A DNA stretch of 64,000 bases from Bacteroidia bacterium (GTDB taxonomy: Bacteria > Bacteroidota > Bacteroidia > Chitinophagales > Chitinophagaceae). Location of the stretch: the NCBI GenBank assembly GCA_037447355.1, contig JBBIGW010000001.1:1136-65135 (forward strand), in the 5' to 3' direction. Shown here one piece after another: positions 19,901 to 27,582 of this stretch. The notes beneath the pieces are model-generated. The model had not been told where the DNA came from. It saw nothing but the letters and a program-made list of their open reading frames with translations, and ran no database searches. The translations under genes were made by a program, and so were the position numbers. How positions within the stretch are numbered: the stretch's first letter is position 1; the number at the start of each line of letters is the position of its first letter.

Positions 19901-19950
19901 AAGAAAAAAAAGCCTGCCAGGGCAAAAACTTTCAGCAGTTTTAGTCTCAT
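16936..19950 (-). CDS. T9SS type B CTD (gliding-motility-associated C-terminal domain) protein with SprB-like repeats
   Basis: Signal peptide; FPFCFYG N-terminal domain; repeated C.G...G.I.V....G..PY.YS.DG units; CTD IYVPTGFSPNNDGKND...VFNRWGQLVF...WDG...KKGTVMLIR. Confidence 0.93.
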   Translation of the reverse strand: MRLKLLKVFALAGFFFFLEETVSAQNCIPTNINGAVINRSCGQLCAPVSFQIPHIKSTNDYTLVSVPYTPYPYNTATGSIDPALYADDFYSYLISLPFPFCFYGSTYNSTVVGSNGIMTFDPANASCSNAWPITQSIPYSGGSICSSFSTYYPKASIMAAYSDLDPRIGASAGDRKIQWEVFGNAPCRKFVVSYYHVGVFGVSSGSCPAPANTFQMVIHESTGIVEMFFERKSCNSSTNAGRGILGIQNWNQNQAVWGVGKNNAVWTENNTGYKFIPSSGASRYVSSELYTMGGVLVAAADTATTTAGLLDLNFPNVCVSTSSTQFVVKTTFSVCDGSASQLVSLDTFTVNLNQMQADVTPTSTSCNGANNGSILVTPTTGSAPFIFTLDGGVPVISSVPYTFTNLTAGAHTVTVQDAFGCFTPAIPVTIGFGPPLATTAIHSDALCNGGSTGSITVNQPAAGNAPYQYSLDGVNWQAGNVFTGLPAGLYTVWFRERDGCQGSIPVTVSEPALLTTTAAMVPVVCNGQGNGIITATGTGGIAPYQYSIDGLFWQGSNIFNVPAGTYTVRIRDANNCNSSYDITVTEPAALTANSANSNASCDGGLDGVILVTANGGNSNYTYSIDGTNFQAANQFNVAPGNYTVTVKDNLGCTTSFPAIVGLTDNMTMTPQADPTICESKSVQLQLVSNATQYRWSPATALSDTTIYNPVANPVITTQYIVTATLGRCVHEDTVIVNVNAAPIPDAGPDGFICYGQSYHLQATGGTNYTWTPSTYLDNANVGNPVSTPAKDVVYTVSILSDANGCASLVTDDMRIDVTPPIKVKTYPYDTIGYPGDKFQLLAVPSDSDVINYAWTPVTGLSNPNSTVGTGNLNIPNPVVTVGAIGQDVQYQVLASTIAGCIGEGYITVRIYKGPDIYVPTGFSPNNDGKNDRFTPFPVGMKSYNYFRVFNRWGQLVFSTRQLNEGWDGRFGGVEQGSGVYVWMIEGLTKDDRLVTKKGTVMLIR

Positions 19951-20105
19951 AATACAAATGCAGTTGGTATGGGTAAACTCAGGTCCTTAACAAGCCTTCA
20001 AGATAAGAAAAATATCGCTTGGACCCTGTCTGCGGGGAAACTAACCTGCCAAAAACCGGGAGGGGAAATTTACTAATTGTCACGGATCAATGATTATCAA
20101 CTGTC

Positions 20106-22349
20106 TCAGGAGGGTATATCTTCCATATCGTACCGTTCTACGGACTCAATCCCCGGCAGTTTCAACAGGCTCTGTACCAATATATCCAGCTCCTCCTTAT
20201 CGTGCACATAGAGCCGGATATTGCCTTTAAACAATCCCTCATTGGCTTCAATGGTCAGGGCCGCGATATTGATCTTCAGTTCGCCGGAGATCAGGTTGGT
20301 GATCTTGTTGACCACACCCACATCATCCATCCCGATGATCTTGATACCGGTCAGGAAGGAGATCTCCTTGTTCTTGGCCCATTTGGTCTTGACCACCCGG
20401 TGTCCGTAGTTGGCCAGCAGTTTTGCTGCATTGGGACAATTGGTCCGGTGGATCGTCAGGCCCTTTCCCGTGGTAACAAAACCAAACACATCATCCCCCG
20501 GGATGGGCTTACAGCAATTGGCCAGGTTATACACGATCCGGTCGCTGCTTTCGCCGAAGATCACCAATTCAGCGTCTTTCTTCCCGGTAACATGGTGCGG
20601 AAGGAATTCGTGTTTCTCGGGATGAATTTTTACCGGCCTCGGCGCTTCGAGCCGGTCACCGGTGACTTTGAAATCCTTTAATTCCTTCAGGTCAATATTC
20701 TTCACTGCCACCTGGTAAAACAGGTCCAGGTTGGAACCCAGTTTATACCATTGCACCACTTCATCAAGATTGTGCTGCGACATAGCGGCTCCCATGCCTT
20801 CGAGTTTACGCTGCACCGCATATTTGCCTTCATCGGCTACTTTTCTTTTTTCTTCTTTCAGCGCATCCCGGATCCGGCCTTTGGCTTTGGAAGTGACCAC
20901 AAACCCCAGCCAGTCCTCCGATGCTTTTTGCTTATTGCTCGTAATGATCTCCACCTGGTCCCCGCTGTGCAGTTTATGACTGATCGGCACCAGTTTGTGA
21001 TTGACCTTGGCCCCGATAGTCTTGACCCCGATGGCACTGTGGATCGCGAATGCAAAATCAAGAGCAGTGGAACCTACGGGCAGCATCTTCACATCTCCTT
21101 TCGGTGTGTACACATAGATCTCCTCTGCCAGGAAACTGGTCTTGAAATCCTGTAAAAAATCAATACTGTCGGTTTCCTGGTTACTGATCACTTCCCGGAT
21201 TTGCTGGAACCATTTATCGAAGCGGCTTTCATCCGTAGTGCCTTCCTTGTATTTCCAGTGGGCCGCCAACCCCTTTTCGGCAATCTCGTTCATCCGCCGT
21301 GTACGGATCTGGACTTCCACCCATTTCCCCTGCGGTCCCATTACGGTCGTATGCAGGGCCTCATATCCGTTCGCCTTTGGATTGCTCAGCCAGTCCCGCA
21401 GCCGCTCCGGGGAAGGACTGTATTCATCCGTGATCATGGAATATACTTTCCAGCAATCCTCCTTTTCCTTTTCAGGAGGTGAATCGAGGATGGCCCGGAT
21501 GGCAAAGAGGTCATAAACTTCTTCAAACTCCACGGACTTTTTTTTCATTTTATTCCAGATGGAATGGATACTCTTGGGACGGCCGAAGATTTCCGCGTTC
21601 AGACTGGCTTTTTCTAATTTGTCCTTAATGGGTTTGATAAATTCATTGATGTATTTGGTCCGCTCCTTTTTGGTTTCGGCCAGTTTGCGGGCAATCTCCT
21701 TATAGGTTTCCGGCTCCATGTATTTCATAGCCAGGTCTTCCATTTCCGTTTTGATGGTATAGAGTCCCATCCGGTGGGCCAGCGGGGCATAGATATAAAC
21801 CGTCTCCGAAGAAATCTTGAGTTGTTTTTCCCTTTTCATGCTGTCAAGGGTGCGCATATTGTGCAGCCGGTCGGCCAGTTTGATCAGGATCACCCGGGGA
21901 TCATCCGTAAGCGTCAGTAAGATTTTCTTGAAATTCTCCGCCTGCTGGGAGGCATTCACATCGATTACGTTGGCGATCTTGGTCAGTCCGTCCACGATCC
22001 GGGTGATCTCCTCCCCGAATTCCCTTTTTACATCTTCCAATGAAATATCGGTATCCTCGACGGTGTCATGCAATAAGGAGCAGATGGTGGACCGAACCCC
22101 CAGCCCGATCTCTTCGGCGCAGATCTTGGCCACCGCGATAGGATGCAGGATATAGGGTTCCCCGCTCTTGCGCCGCATGGTTTTATGGGCGTCGGCGGCC
22201 ATTTCAAAAGCGGTGCGGATCAGGGTTTTGTCGCCCGGTTTTAACTTGGTCTTGATCACTTTCAGCAGGGAACGGTATTCCCGCAGGATGAGTTTCTTCT
22301 CTTCCTCCTCGTTCAGGTTATATTTCGGCGACTGTGCAACGGTTTCCAT
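20106..22349 (-). CDS. rel: Bifunctional (p)ppGpp synthetase/hydrolase (long RSH)
   Basis: RRKSGEPYILHP, LLHDTVED hydrolase motif, KLADRLHNMRTL, PKANGYEALH, EVQIRT, TGS domain (YVYTPKG), ACT domain. Confidence 0.97.
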   Translation of the reverse strand: METVAQSPKYNLNEEEEKKLILREYRSLLKVIKTKLKPGDKTLIRTAFEMAADAHKTMRRKSGEPYILHPIAVAKICAEEIGLGVRSTICSLLHDTVEDTDISLEDVKREFGEEITRIVDGLTKIANVIDVNASQQAENFKKILLTLTDDPRVILIKLADRLHNMRTLDSMKREKQLKISSETVYIYAPLAHRMGLYTIKTEMEDLAMKYMEPETYKEIARKLAETKKERTKYINEFIKPIKDKLEKASLNAEIFGRPKSIHSIWNKMKKKSVEFEEVYDLFAIRAILDSPPEKEKEDCWKVYSMITDEYSPSPERLRDWLSNPKANGYEALHTTVMGPQGKWVEVQIRTRRMNEIAEKGLAAHWKYKEGTTDESRFDKWFQQIREVISNQETDSIDFLQDFKTSFLAEEIYVYTPKGDVKMLPVGSTALDFAFAIHSAIGVKTIGAKVNHKLVPISHKLHSGDQVEIITSNKQKASEDWLGFVVTSKAKGRIRDALKEEKRKVADEGKYAVQRKLEGMGAAMSQHNLDEVVQWYKLGSNLDLFYQVAVKNIDLKELKDFKVTGDRLEAPRPVKIHPEKHEFLPHHVTGKKDAELVIFGESSDRIVYNLANCCKPIPGDDVFGFVTTGKGLTIHRTNCPNAAKLLANYGHRVVKTKWAKNKEISFLTGIKIIGMDDVGVVNKITNLISGELKINIAALTIEANEGLFKGNIRLYVHDKEELDILVQSLLKLPGIESVERYDMEDIPS

Positions 22350-22636
22350 GGTCTACGAATTTACTGAATATTGGGGAGAGTAGAGCGCTGCCGGGGAAGC
22401 TTTTGATTCCGGCTAAGCGTTCACAAGGAAAAAGCCAGGGAGGGGATTTTTTTAACCTGAGAACTCCCCGGGGTCCCTGTTCCCGGTTATCTGTAAAACG
22501 ACAGCTCGTTTGCCCTTCCTGCGGGAGAACTGCAATCTTTCACCAATGAATATTCAAATTCCCGGTGTCAAATCAAACGAACGGCCCGCTTAAAAACTTA
22601 AGCAGGCCGGTTGTATTATTCAGACTTGTTCAATCC

Positions 22637-23533
22637 CTATTTCAGGAAATCATACCGGAGCATGATCTCATGGGCATTGGCACCTTTGTCATACACGCTC
22701 AGGGGCGAGCTGTAGATATCAAAGCAATAGCCAATATTAAATTTCTTCTGGATCCGTACACCGGCCGAGAGCATCCAGCTCTGGTGCGCCCGCATAGCCA
22801 GTCCCCACCAGAATACATTGTTATGATCCACCCGGGCACCGGCCTGGAATTCCGTGGGGGCATTGGGCAGAAAGATCAGCAAAAAGTTGGGGATGATCTT
22901 TGTGGTCCCGTCCACATTCCACTGGTAACTGCCGTGCAGGTAATAGTGGCGGTACTGGCGGGCTTCTTCGCTGCGGGTGAGGTTACCGCTGTACACATCC
23001 AGTTTGGACTGGATCAGCTGACTAACGGAAGCGCCTGCCTGTAATTTCTTACCGGTGTAGGCCACGCCCAGCCCGGCATCGCCTTTGAAGCGGTTCTCCG
23101 CCGCTCCCATCACGGGGTCATTCCCCAGGGAGGCCTGCAGTTTGGTCTTGTCAATGGAGAATTGCTGAAAACGGGCTTCCAGGCCCACTGAAAAACTGGC
23201 GTCGTTTTTAAGAGCGATATGATAAGCGTAAGCTGTTTGCAGCCCGGTGCGGCGGGTGGGGCCGGTCACATCATTAAAAATATAACCGCCGATACCGATT
23301 TTAGCATGGGGCAGGTAGCCGGAGCCAAATAACAAAGTAGTCTGCGGGCCACCCTCGATCCCGTCCCACATTGACCGGTAGGATGCACCGATGCTTCCGT
23401 ATTTCAGGGCGCCGGCAGTGGCGGGGTTATGCAGGTTGCCCTGTTGCTCGTACAGGGAGGCGGTCATCAGTTGCTGGGCTGATACAACAGCCCCGGCAGC
23501 TATAAAACAGGAGAGCATTATGATTCGTTTCAT
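22637..23533 (-). CDS. PorP/SprF family T9SS outer-membrane protein
   Basis: NPATAG, YRSMWDGIEGGPQT, YAYHI, GYCFD, AHEIMLRYDF; directly downstream of a type B CTD gene. Confidence 0.92.
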   Translation of the reverse strand: MKRIIMLSCFIAAGAVVSAQQLMTASLYEQQGNLHNPATAGALKYGSIGASYRSMWDGIEGGPQTTLLFGSGYLPHAKIGIGGYIFNDVTGPTRRTGLQTAYAYHIALKNDASFSVGLEARFQQFSIDKTKLQASLGNDPVMGAAENRFKGDAGLGVAYTGKKLQAGASVSQLIQSKLDVYSGNLTRSEEARQYRHYYLHGSYQWNVDGTTKIIPNFLLIFLPNAPTEFQAGARVDHNNVFWWGLAMRAHQSWMLSAGVRIQKKFNIGYCFDIYSSPLSVYDKGANAHEIMLRYDFLK

Positions 23534-23552
23534 ACAATTTCTTTTTTACAGG

Positions 23553-25559
23553 TTAACGCAGAATGGTCACATTTCCTTTCAGGTATTCGGTTTTGCCATT
23601 TAGGAGAGTATAAGTAATCACATAATAGTAGGTACCATCGGGCAGCGGTTTGCCTTCATACGTACCATCCCATGTATTTTTATAATCACCCGACTCAAAC
23701 ACTTTGGCACCATAGCGGTTAAAGACCTGGGCTTTGGCGCTGGACAGGCAGTTGCCGTTTGTCACCAGCCATTTTTCATTGATGCCATCCCCATTGGGTG
23801 TAAAGGCATTCATGGGTTTGATGCAATACGGGATCACGGTTACAGTGACATCATCTGTTGCCACACAACCCAGCGGCGTGGTCACCTGTAAACTGTACGT
23901 GGTGGTTCCTGCCGGTGTGGCTTTGGGTGACAGGATGGTTGCGGAGCTCAGGCCGGTGGACGGTGTCCACAGGTAACTTCCGGCAGAGCCCGTTGCATGC
24001 ATCTGGTAACTGTCACCGGCAATAATGATCGCATCTGCCCCGGCATTGGCCGTGGCACCGGGTACGACGGTCACGGTAACCGCCCCTTGCTTGGTACAGG
24101 TGCCCAGCGTGGCCGTAACGGTATAAGTTGTGGTGGTCTGCGGTGATAATACCGGGTTCGCAACAGCCGTATTGCTGACCCCGGCAGCAGGGGACCAGCT
24201 ATAATAAGCGGCATTACCCTGTACGGCAGGTGTAAACGAAGCACCAAGACAGATTGTACCCCCGTTTCCTGTGGCCAATGTAAGGTTATCACTTAACAGG
24301 ATAGCGGCCTGTTGTGTGGCGGAAGCGCAGGTGGAACCCGTATTGCGGACTTTCAGGTTATAGGTCCCCGGGGCCAGGTTGGAAAAAGTATTGGAAGCCT
24401 GGTAGGTGGCACCGTTATCGATACTGTATTCCTTAGTAGCCGCTCCGCCTCCTGTGGCAGTAATAGTAATACTGCCGGTGCTGGTGCAGGTGGCATCCGT
24501 TTTCGTAAAAGTCAGTGAAGGCGCCAGGTCCCTTTTTACATACACGGTATCTGAAAACACCACATCGGCGGCGGGGTTATTGCACTGTCCGTAGGTAACC
24601 CGTACCTCATAGGCGGTGCTGTCACCTGCCGGGCAAACATCCGGGAAACTGAGATTCAGGATACCGGGAGAAGCGGTGCTGGTATCCGCATTGGCCACTA
24701 CCGTTCCGTTGACCAGCAATTGGGCAGTTTTTAAACGGGAAGTTCCCCCACTGGGAGTAAAGCGCCAGCAGGAATCCATCCCGGTGCTGCCCCATTGTGT
24801 GGCATTCTTTCCGGGAGCGGCTACAGCGGCAGTACGGGTTTGGTTCTGCATCCCCAGGATGGTCATTCCGCTGTTCCAGCCGGTACAAAAAGGCTTATCC
24901 TTTATATAGACTTCCACAATACCGGTACTTTCATACAATACCATCATATGGGTGGCGATATTACCCCCGCAACCGGATCCGAAATAAGGAACTTCATTAT
25001 AACTTACTATGAACCTTCTGCGGGGAGCGGTGCCCTCAATGCGGTATTCAATCCGTTTATTGGGAGCGGGTTCATCAATATCAATATCATGATAGGGGCC
25101 GAAGATCATCGAAGGAGCATAGGTGGTTTTGGGAATGCCACCGTTGGTGGCACTGATGGAATAACCACTGTTGGAACTGGCCCTGGAAGTATCGAAGGTT
25201 ACAGCTGAATTGGTCCCGATCAGCAGGGTCGGGTAGGTAATCCCGTAAAAGCAAAAAGGGAAGCTGACCGGCACTTTTGAAGTCCACTGGTCATCATAAT
25301 AAGAACCGCTGATCAGGGTCCGGACGTCAATACCGGTGGCGGTTACAAAAGCAAATGGCAGGTAAGCCGGGTTGGTAACCACATAATCATCCGTTTGTTT
25401 GATATGCGGAACCTGCGCACTGATCGACACGCAGGATGTGCCACAGGGCAACTGGATCAAACGATTGGGAATGGTAAAGGTGGTGGCAGGGTTCTGGCCA
25501 TAAGCAAACAGGCCAGCCATAAACCCCATAAGGAGTAGATACGACTTTCTCATCAACAT
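23553..25559 (-). CDS. T9SS type B CTD protein, paralog of 16936..19950
   Basis: Signal peptide; FPFCFYG domain; CTD PMNAFTPNGDGINEKW...VFNRYGAKVF...WDGTYEGKPLPDGTYYY...KGNVTILR. Confidence 0.93.
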   Translation of the reverse strand: MLMRKSYLLLMGFMAGLFAYGQNPATTFTIPNRLIQLPCGTSCVSISAQVPHIKQTDDYVVTNPAYLPFAFVTATGIDVRTLISGSYYDDQWTSKVPVSFPFCFYGITYPTLLIGTNSAVTFDTSRASSNSGYSISATNGGIPKTTYAPSMIFGPYHDIDIDEPAPNKRIEYRIEGTAPRRRFIVSYNEVPYFGSGCGGNIATHMMVLYESTGIVEVYIKDKPFCTGWNSGMTILGMQNQTRTAAVAAPGKNATQWGSTGMDSCWRFTPSGGTSRLKTAQLLVNGTVVANADTSTASPGILNLSFPDVCPAGDSTAYEVRVTYGQCNNPAADVVFSDTVYVKRDLAPSLTFTKTDATCTSTGSITITATGGGAATKEYSIDNGATYQASNTFSNLAPGTYNLKVRNTGSTCASATQQAAILLSDNLTLATGNGGTICLGASFTPAVQGNAAYYSWSPAAGVSNTAVANPVLSPQTTTTYTVTATLGTCTKQGAVTVTVVPGATANAGADAIIIAGDSYQMHATGSAGSYLWTPSTGLSSATILSPKATPAGTTTYSLQVTTPLGCVATDDVTVTVIPYCIKPMNAFTPNGDGINEKWLVTNGNCLSSAKAQVFNRYGAKVFESGDYKNTWDGTYEGKPLPDGTYYYVITYTLLNGKTEYLKGNVTILR

Positions 25560-25789
25560 TTAGTTTGGTTGCAGTAAATAATTAGGCGCGGGTTTACGCA
25601 CCAGTTGTTCCAGGATTCAAATTTTATGGGGAAGACAGAGCCTTCTGCAGATTTTCAGCGGATACAGACTCAAAGCCAGGTGTCCAAACGTACAAATAAT
25701 TTAAAACTATTTAAAATGTATTTGAAGCTTTTTTGTCAACTTGATCCAAATTAAGCCTTCCCCCTCTCCCCCTATAAGCCAAAATGCCC

Positions 25790-25797
25790 TACCTTTG
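25790..25797 (+). promoter_or_regulatory. -7 promoter element for tRNA-Leu/tig
   Basis: TACCTTTG about 70 nt upstream of the tRNA. Confidence 0.65.
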
Positions 25798-25867
25798 CTG
25801 CCCGTTTGGAAAAGGGATTGCTGCGAACTGAAGGCTAAGAACTAAAAGCTATTCCAAACGGCAAAAA

Positions 25868-25949
25868 CCGGATGTGGTGAAATTGGTAGACACGTCAGAC
25901 TTAGGATCTGATGCCGTAAGGTGTGGGGGTTCGAGTCCCTCCATCCGGA
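25868..25949 (+). tRNA. tRNA-Leu (UAG)
   Basis: Acceptor CCGGATG/CATCCGG with discriminator A; D-loop TGGTAGAC; anticodon arm TCAGA-CTTAGGA-TCTGA; long variable arm; GGTTCGAGTCC; CCA not encoded. Confidence 0.96.
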
Positions 25950-25960
25950 CACATAAAAGA

Positions 25961-26042
25961 AAGTTGACAGGTTAAAAGGTTGACAGGTTTACATGGAAGA
26001 ACCTCAGCTTTTCAACCTGTCAACTGGTTAACTTATCAACTA
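25961..26042. repeat. 8-bp-period inverted array between tRNA-Leu and tig
   Basis: aagttgac aggttaaa aggttgac aggtttac ... ttcaacct gtcaactg gttaactt atcaacta. Confidence 0.85.
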
Positions 26043-26048
26043 TTAAAA

Positions 26049-27425
26049 ATGGCTACAGTAACGAAAGAGAACATCGGCCAGCTGCATGAAAAGCTGACCG
26101 TAAAACTGGAAAAGACCGATTACCTCCCCACGTTTGAAAAAGCGCTGAAAGAGTATGGGAAAAAAGCGAATATCCCCGGGTTCCGGAAAGGGATGGTACC
26201 GGCCGGCCTGATCAAAAAAATGTATGGCCCCTCCTTATTCACGGATGAGGTACTGAAATCAGTGGACCGCGAACTGATCGGTTACCTGCAAAATGAAAAG
26301 CTGGATATTTTCGCCCAGCCCCTGCCTTTGGAATCCGATTTCCACCAGCTGGATGTAAACAATCCCGCTGATTATACCTTCCATTTCGAAGTAGGTATGA
26401 AACCGGCATTCGGATTGCCGGACCTGGGCAAAGCCCCTACCACCCGCTATGTGGTAACGGTGACCGATGAAATGGTGGACAGCGAGATCACCCGTTTACA
26501 GAACCGTTACGGCAATATGAAAGATGAAGAAACGGTAAGCTCTGAAGAAAATGTACTGAACCTGCTGTTTACTGAAACAGATGCAGCGGGAACGGAACTG
26601 GAGGGTGGTATTAAAAAAGACAATTCCATCCTTGTCAAATACTTTACTGAAGGTTTCCGCAAAAAATGGACCGGTAAGAAGACCGGGGATGCAGAGATCA
26701 CAGCGCTGAAAAATGCATTTGACGAAAAAGAAAGGGAATGGATCATTGGCGACCTCGGGCTGGATAAAGCAGATGCCACCGCGGCTGACAAAACCTTCAA
26801 AATAGAAATCACCAAAGTAGGTTTACTGGAAAAAAGAGAACTGAATGAAGAATTCTTCACCCAGCTCTACCCCGGCCAGGAAGTAAAAACAGAAGCCGAT
26901 TTCCGGCAGAAGATCCGGGAAGAAATACAGGCTTACTGGAACGGCCAGGCTATGAACCAGATCCACGACCAGGTTTTTCACCAGTTAGTGGATCATACCC
27001 TCATTGAATTCCCCGAAGGGTTCCTGAAAAAATGGGTAAAGACACAGGGCGAAACGGCCAAATCCGATGAGGAAGTGGAAGCCGAATTCCCCAAATTCCT
27101 CAGCCAGTTAAAATGGACCCTTATTTCCGACAAGATCGTACAGGATTATGCGATCCAGGTAAACCCGGATGAGATCCGCGCTTTTGCCAAACAGCAACTA
27201 TTCGGCTATATGGGCGGCGCCAACCTCAGTGATGACCAACCCTGGGTTGCGGATTACGTGGAGAAAATGATGAAGGACCGGAAATACGTGGAAGATGCTT
27301 ACAACCGCCTGCAGACCCAGAAGATCTTTGAATGGGCGGCCACCCAGGTTAAGCCCGCTGACAAAGACATCAGTGCCGATGATTTTGCCAAACTGGTGGA
27401 AGAACACCAGCACCATCACCATTAA
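26049..27425 (+). CDS. tig: Trigger factor
   Basis: MATVTKENIG (true start 26049), ANIPGFRKGMVP ribosome-binding signature; follows tRNA-Leu. Confidence 0.96.
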   Translation: MATVTKENIGQLHEKLTVKLEKTDYLPTFEKALKEYGKKANIPGFRKGMVPAGLIKKMYGPSLFTDEVLKSVDRELIGYLQNEKLDIFAQPLPLESDFHQLDVNNPADYTFHFEVGMKPAFGLPDLGKAPTTRYVVTVTDEMVDSEITRLQNRYGNMKDEETVSSEENVLNLLFTETDAAGTELEGGIKKDNSILVKYFTEGFRKKWTGKKTGDAEITALKNAFDEKEREWIIGDLGLDKADATAADKTFKIEITKVGLLEKRELNEEFFTQLYPGQEVKTEADFRQKIREEIQAYWNGQAMNQIHDQVFHQLVDHTLIEFPEGFLKKWVKTQGETAKSDEEVEAEFPKFLSQLKWTLISDKIVQDYAIQVNPDEIRAFAKQQLFGYMGGANLSDDQPWVADYVEKMMKDRKYVEDAYNRLQTQKIFEWAATQVKPADKDISADDFAKLVEEHQHHHH

Positions 27426-27457
27426 TCAACCTGTTGCTTTAACGCAACTGATCCTAT

Positions 27458-27487
27458 AGCCCCGCTTTTCACCGCGGGGCTTTTTTA
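27458..27487 (+). terminator. Intrinsic terminator after tig
   Basis: AGCCCCGC...GCGGGGCT followed by a T tract. Confidence 0.8.
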
Positions 27488-27582
27488 TGCTGTTATATGC
27501 AGTGCAAAAGGGCATATAAAAAGGGGCATATATCCCCGATATATGCCCCGCCTGTCAGCAGCCATGGGTGGCTGTTTTTCTA

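Noticed and set aside
25980-26048. N-terminal extensions in the ORF track for tig, fabI, abiEii and 50062..50844
   Set aside because: They cross repeats or neighbouring genes; downstream ATGs give family-typical starts.
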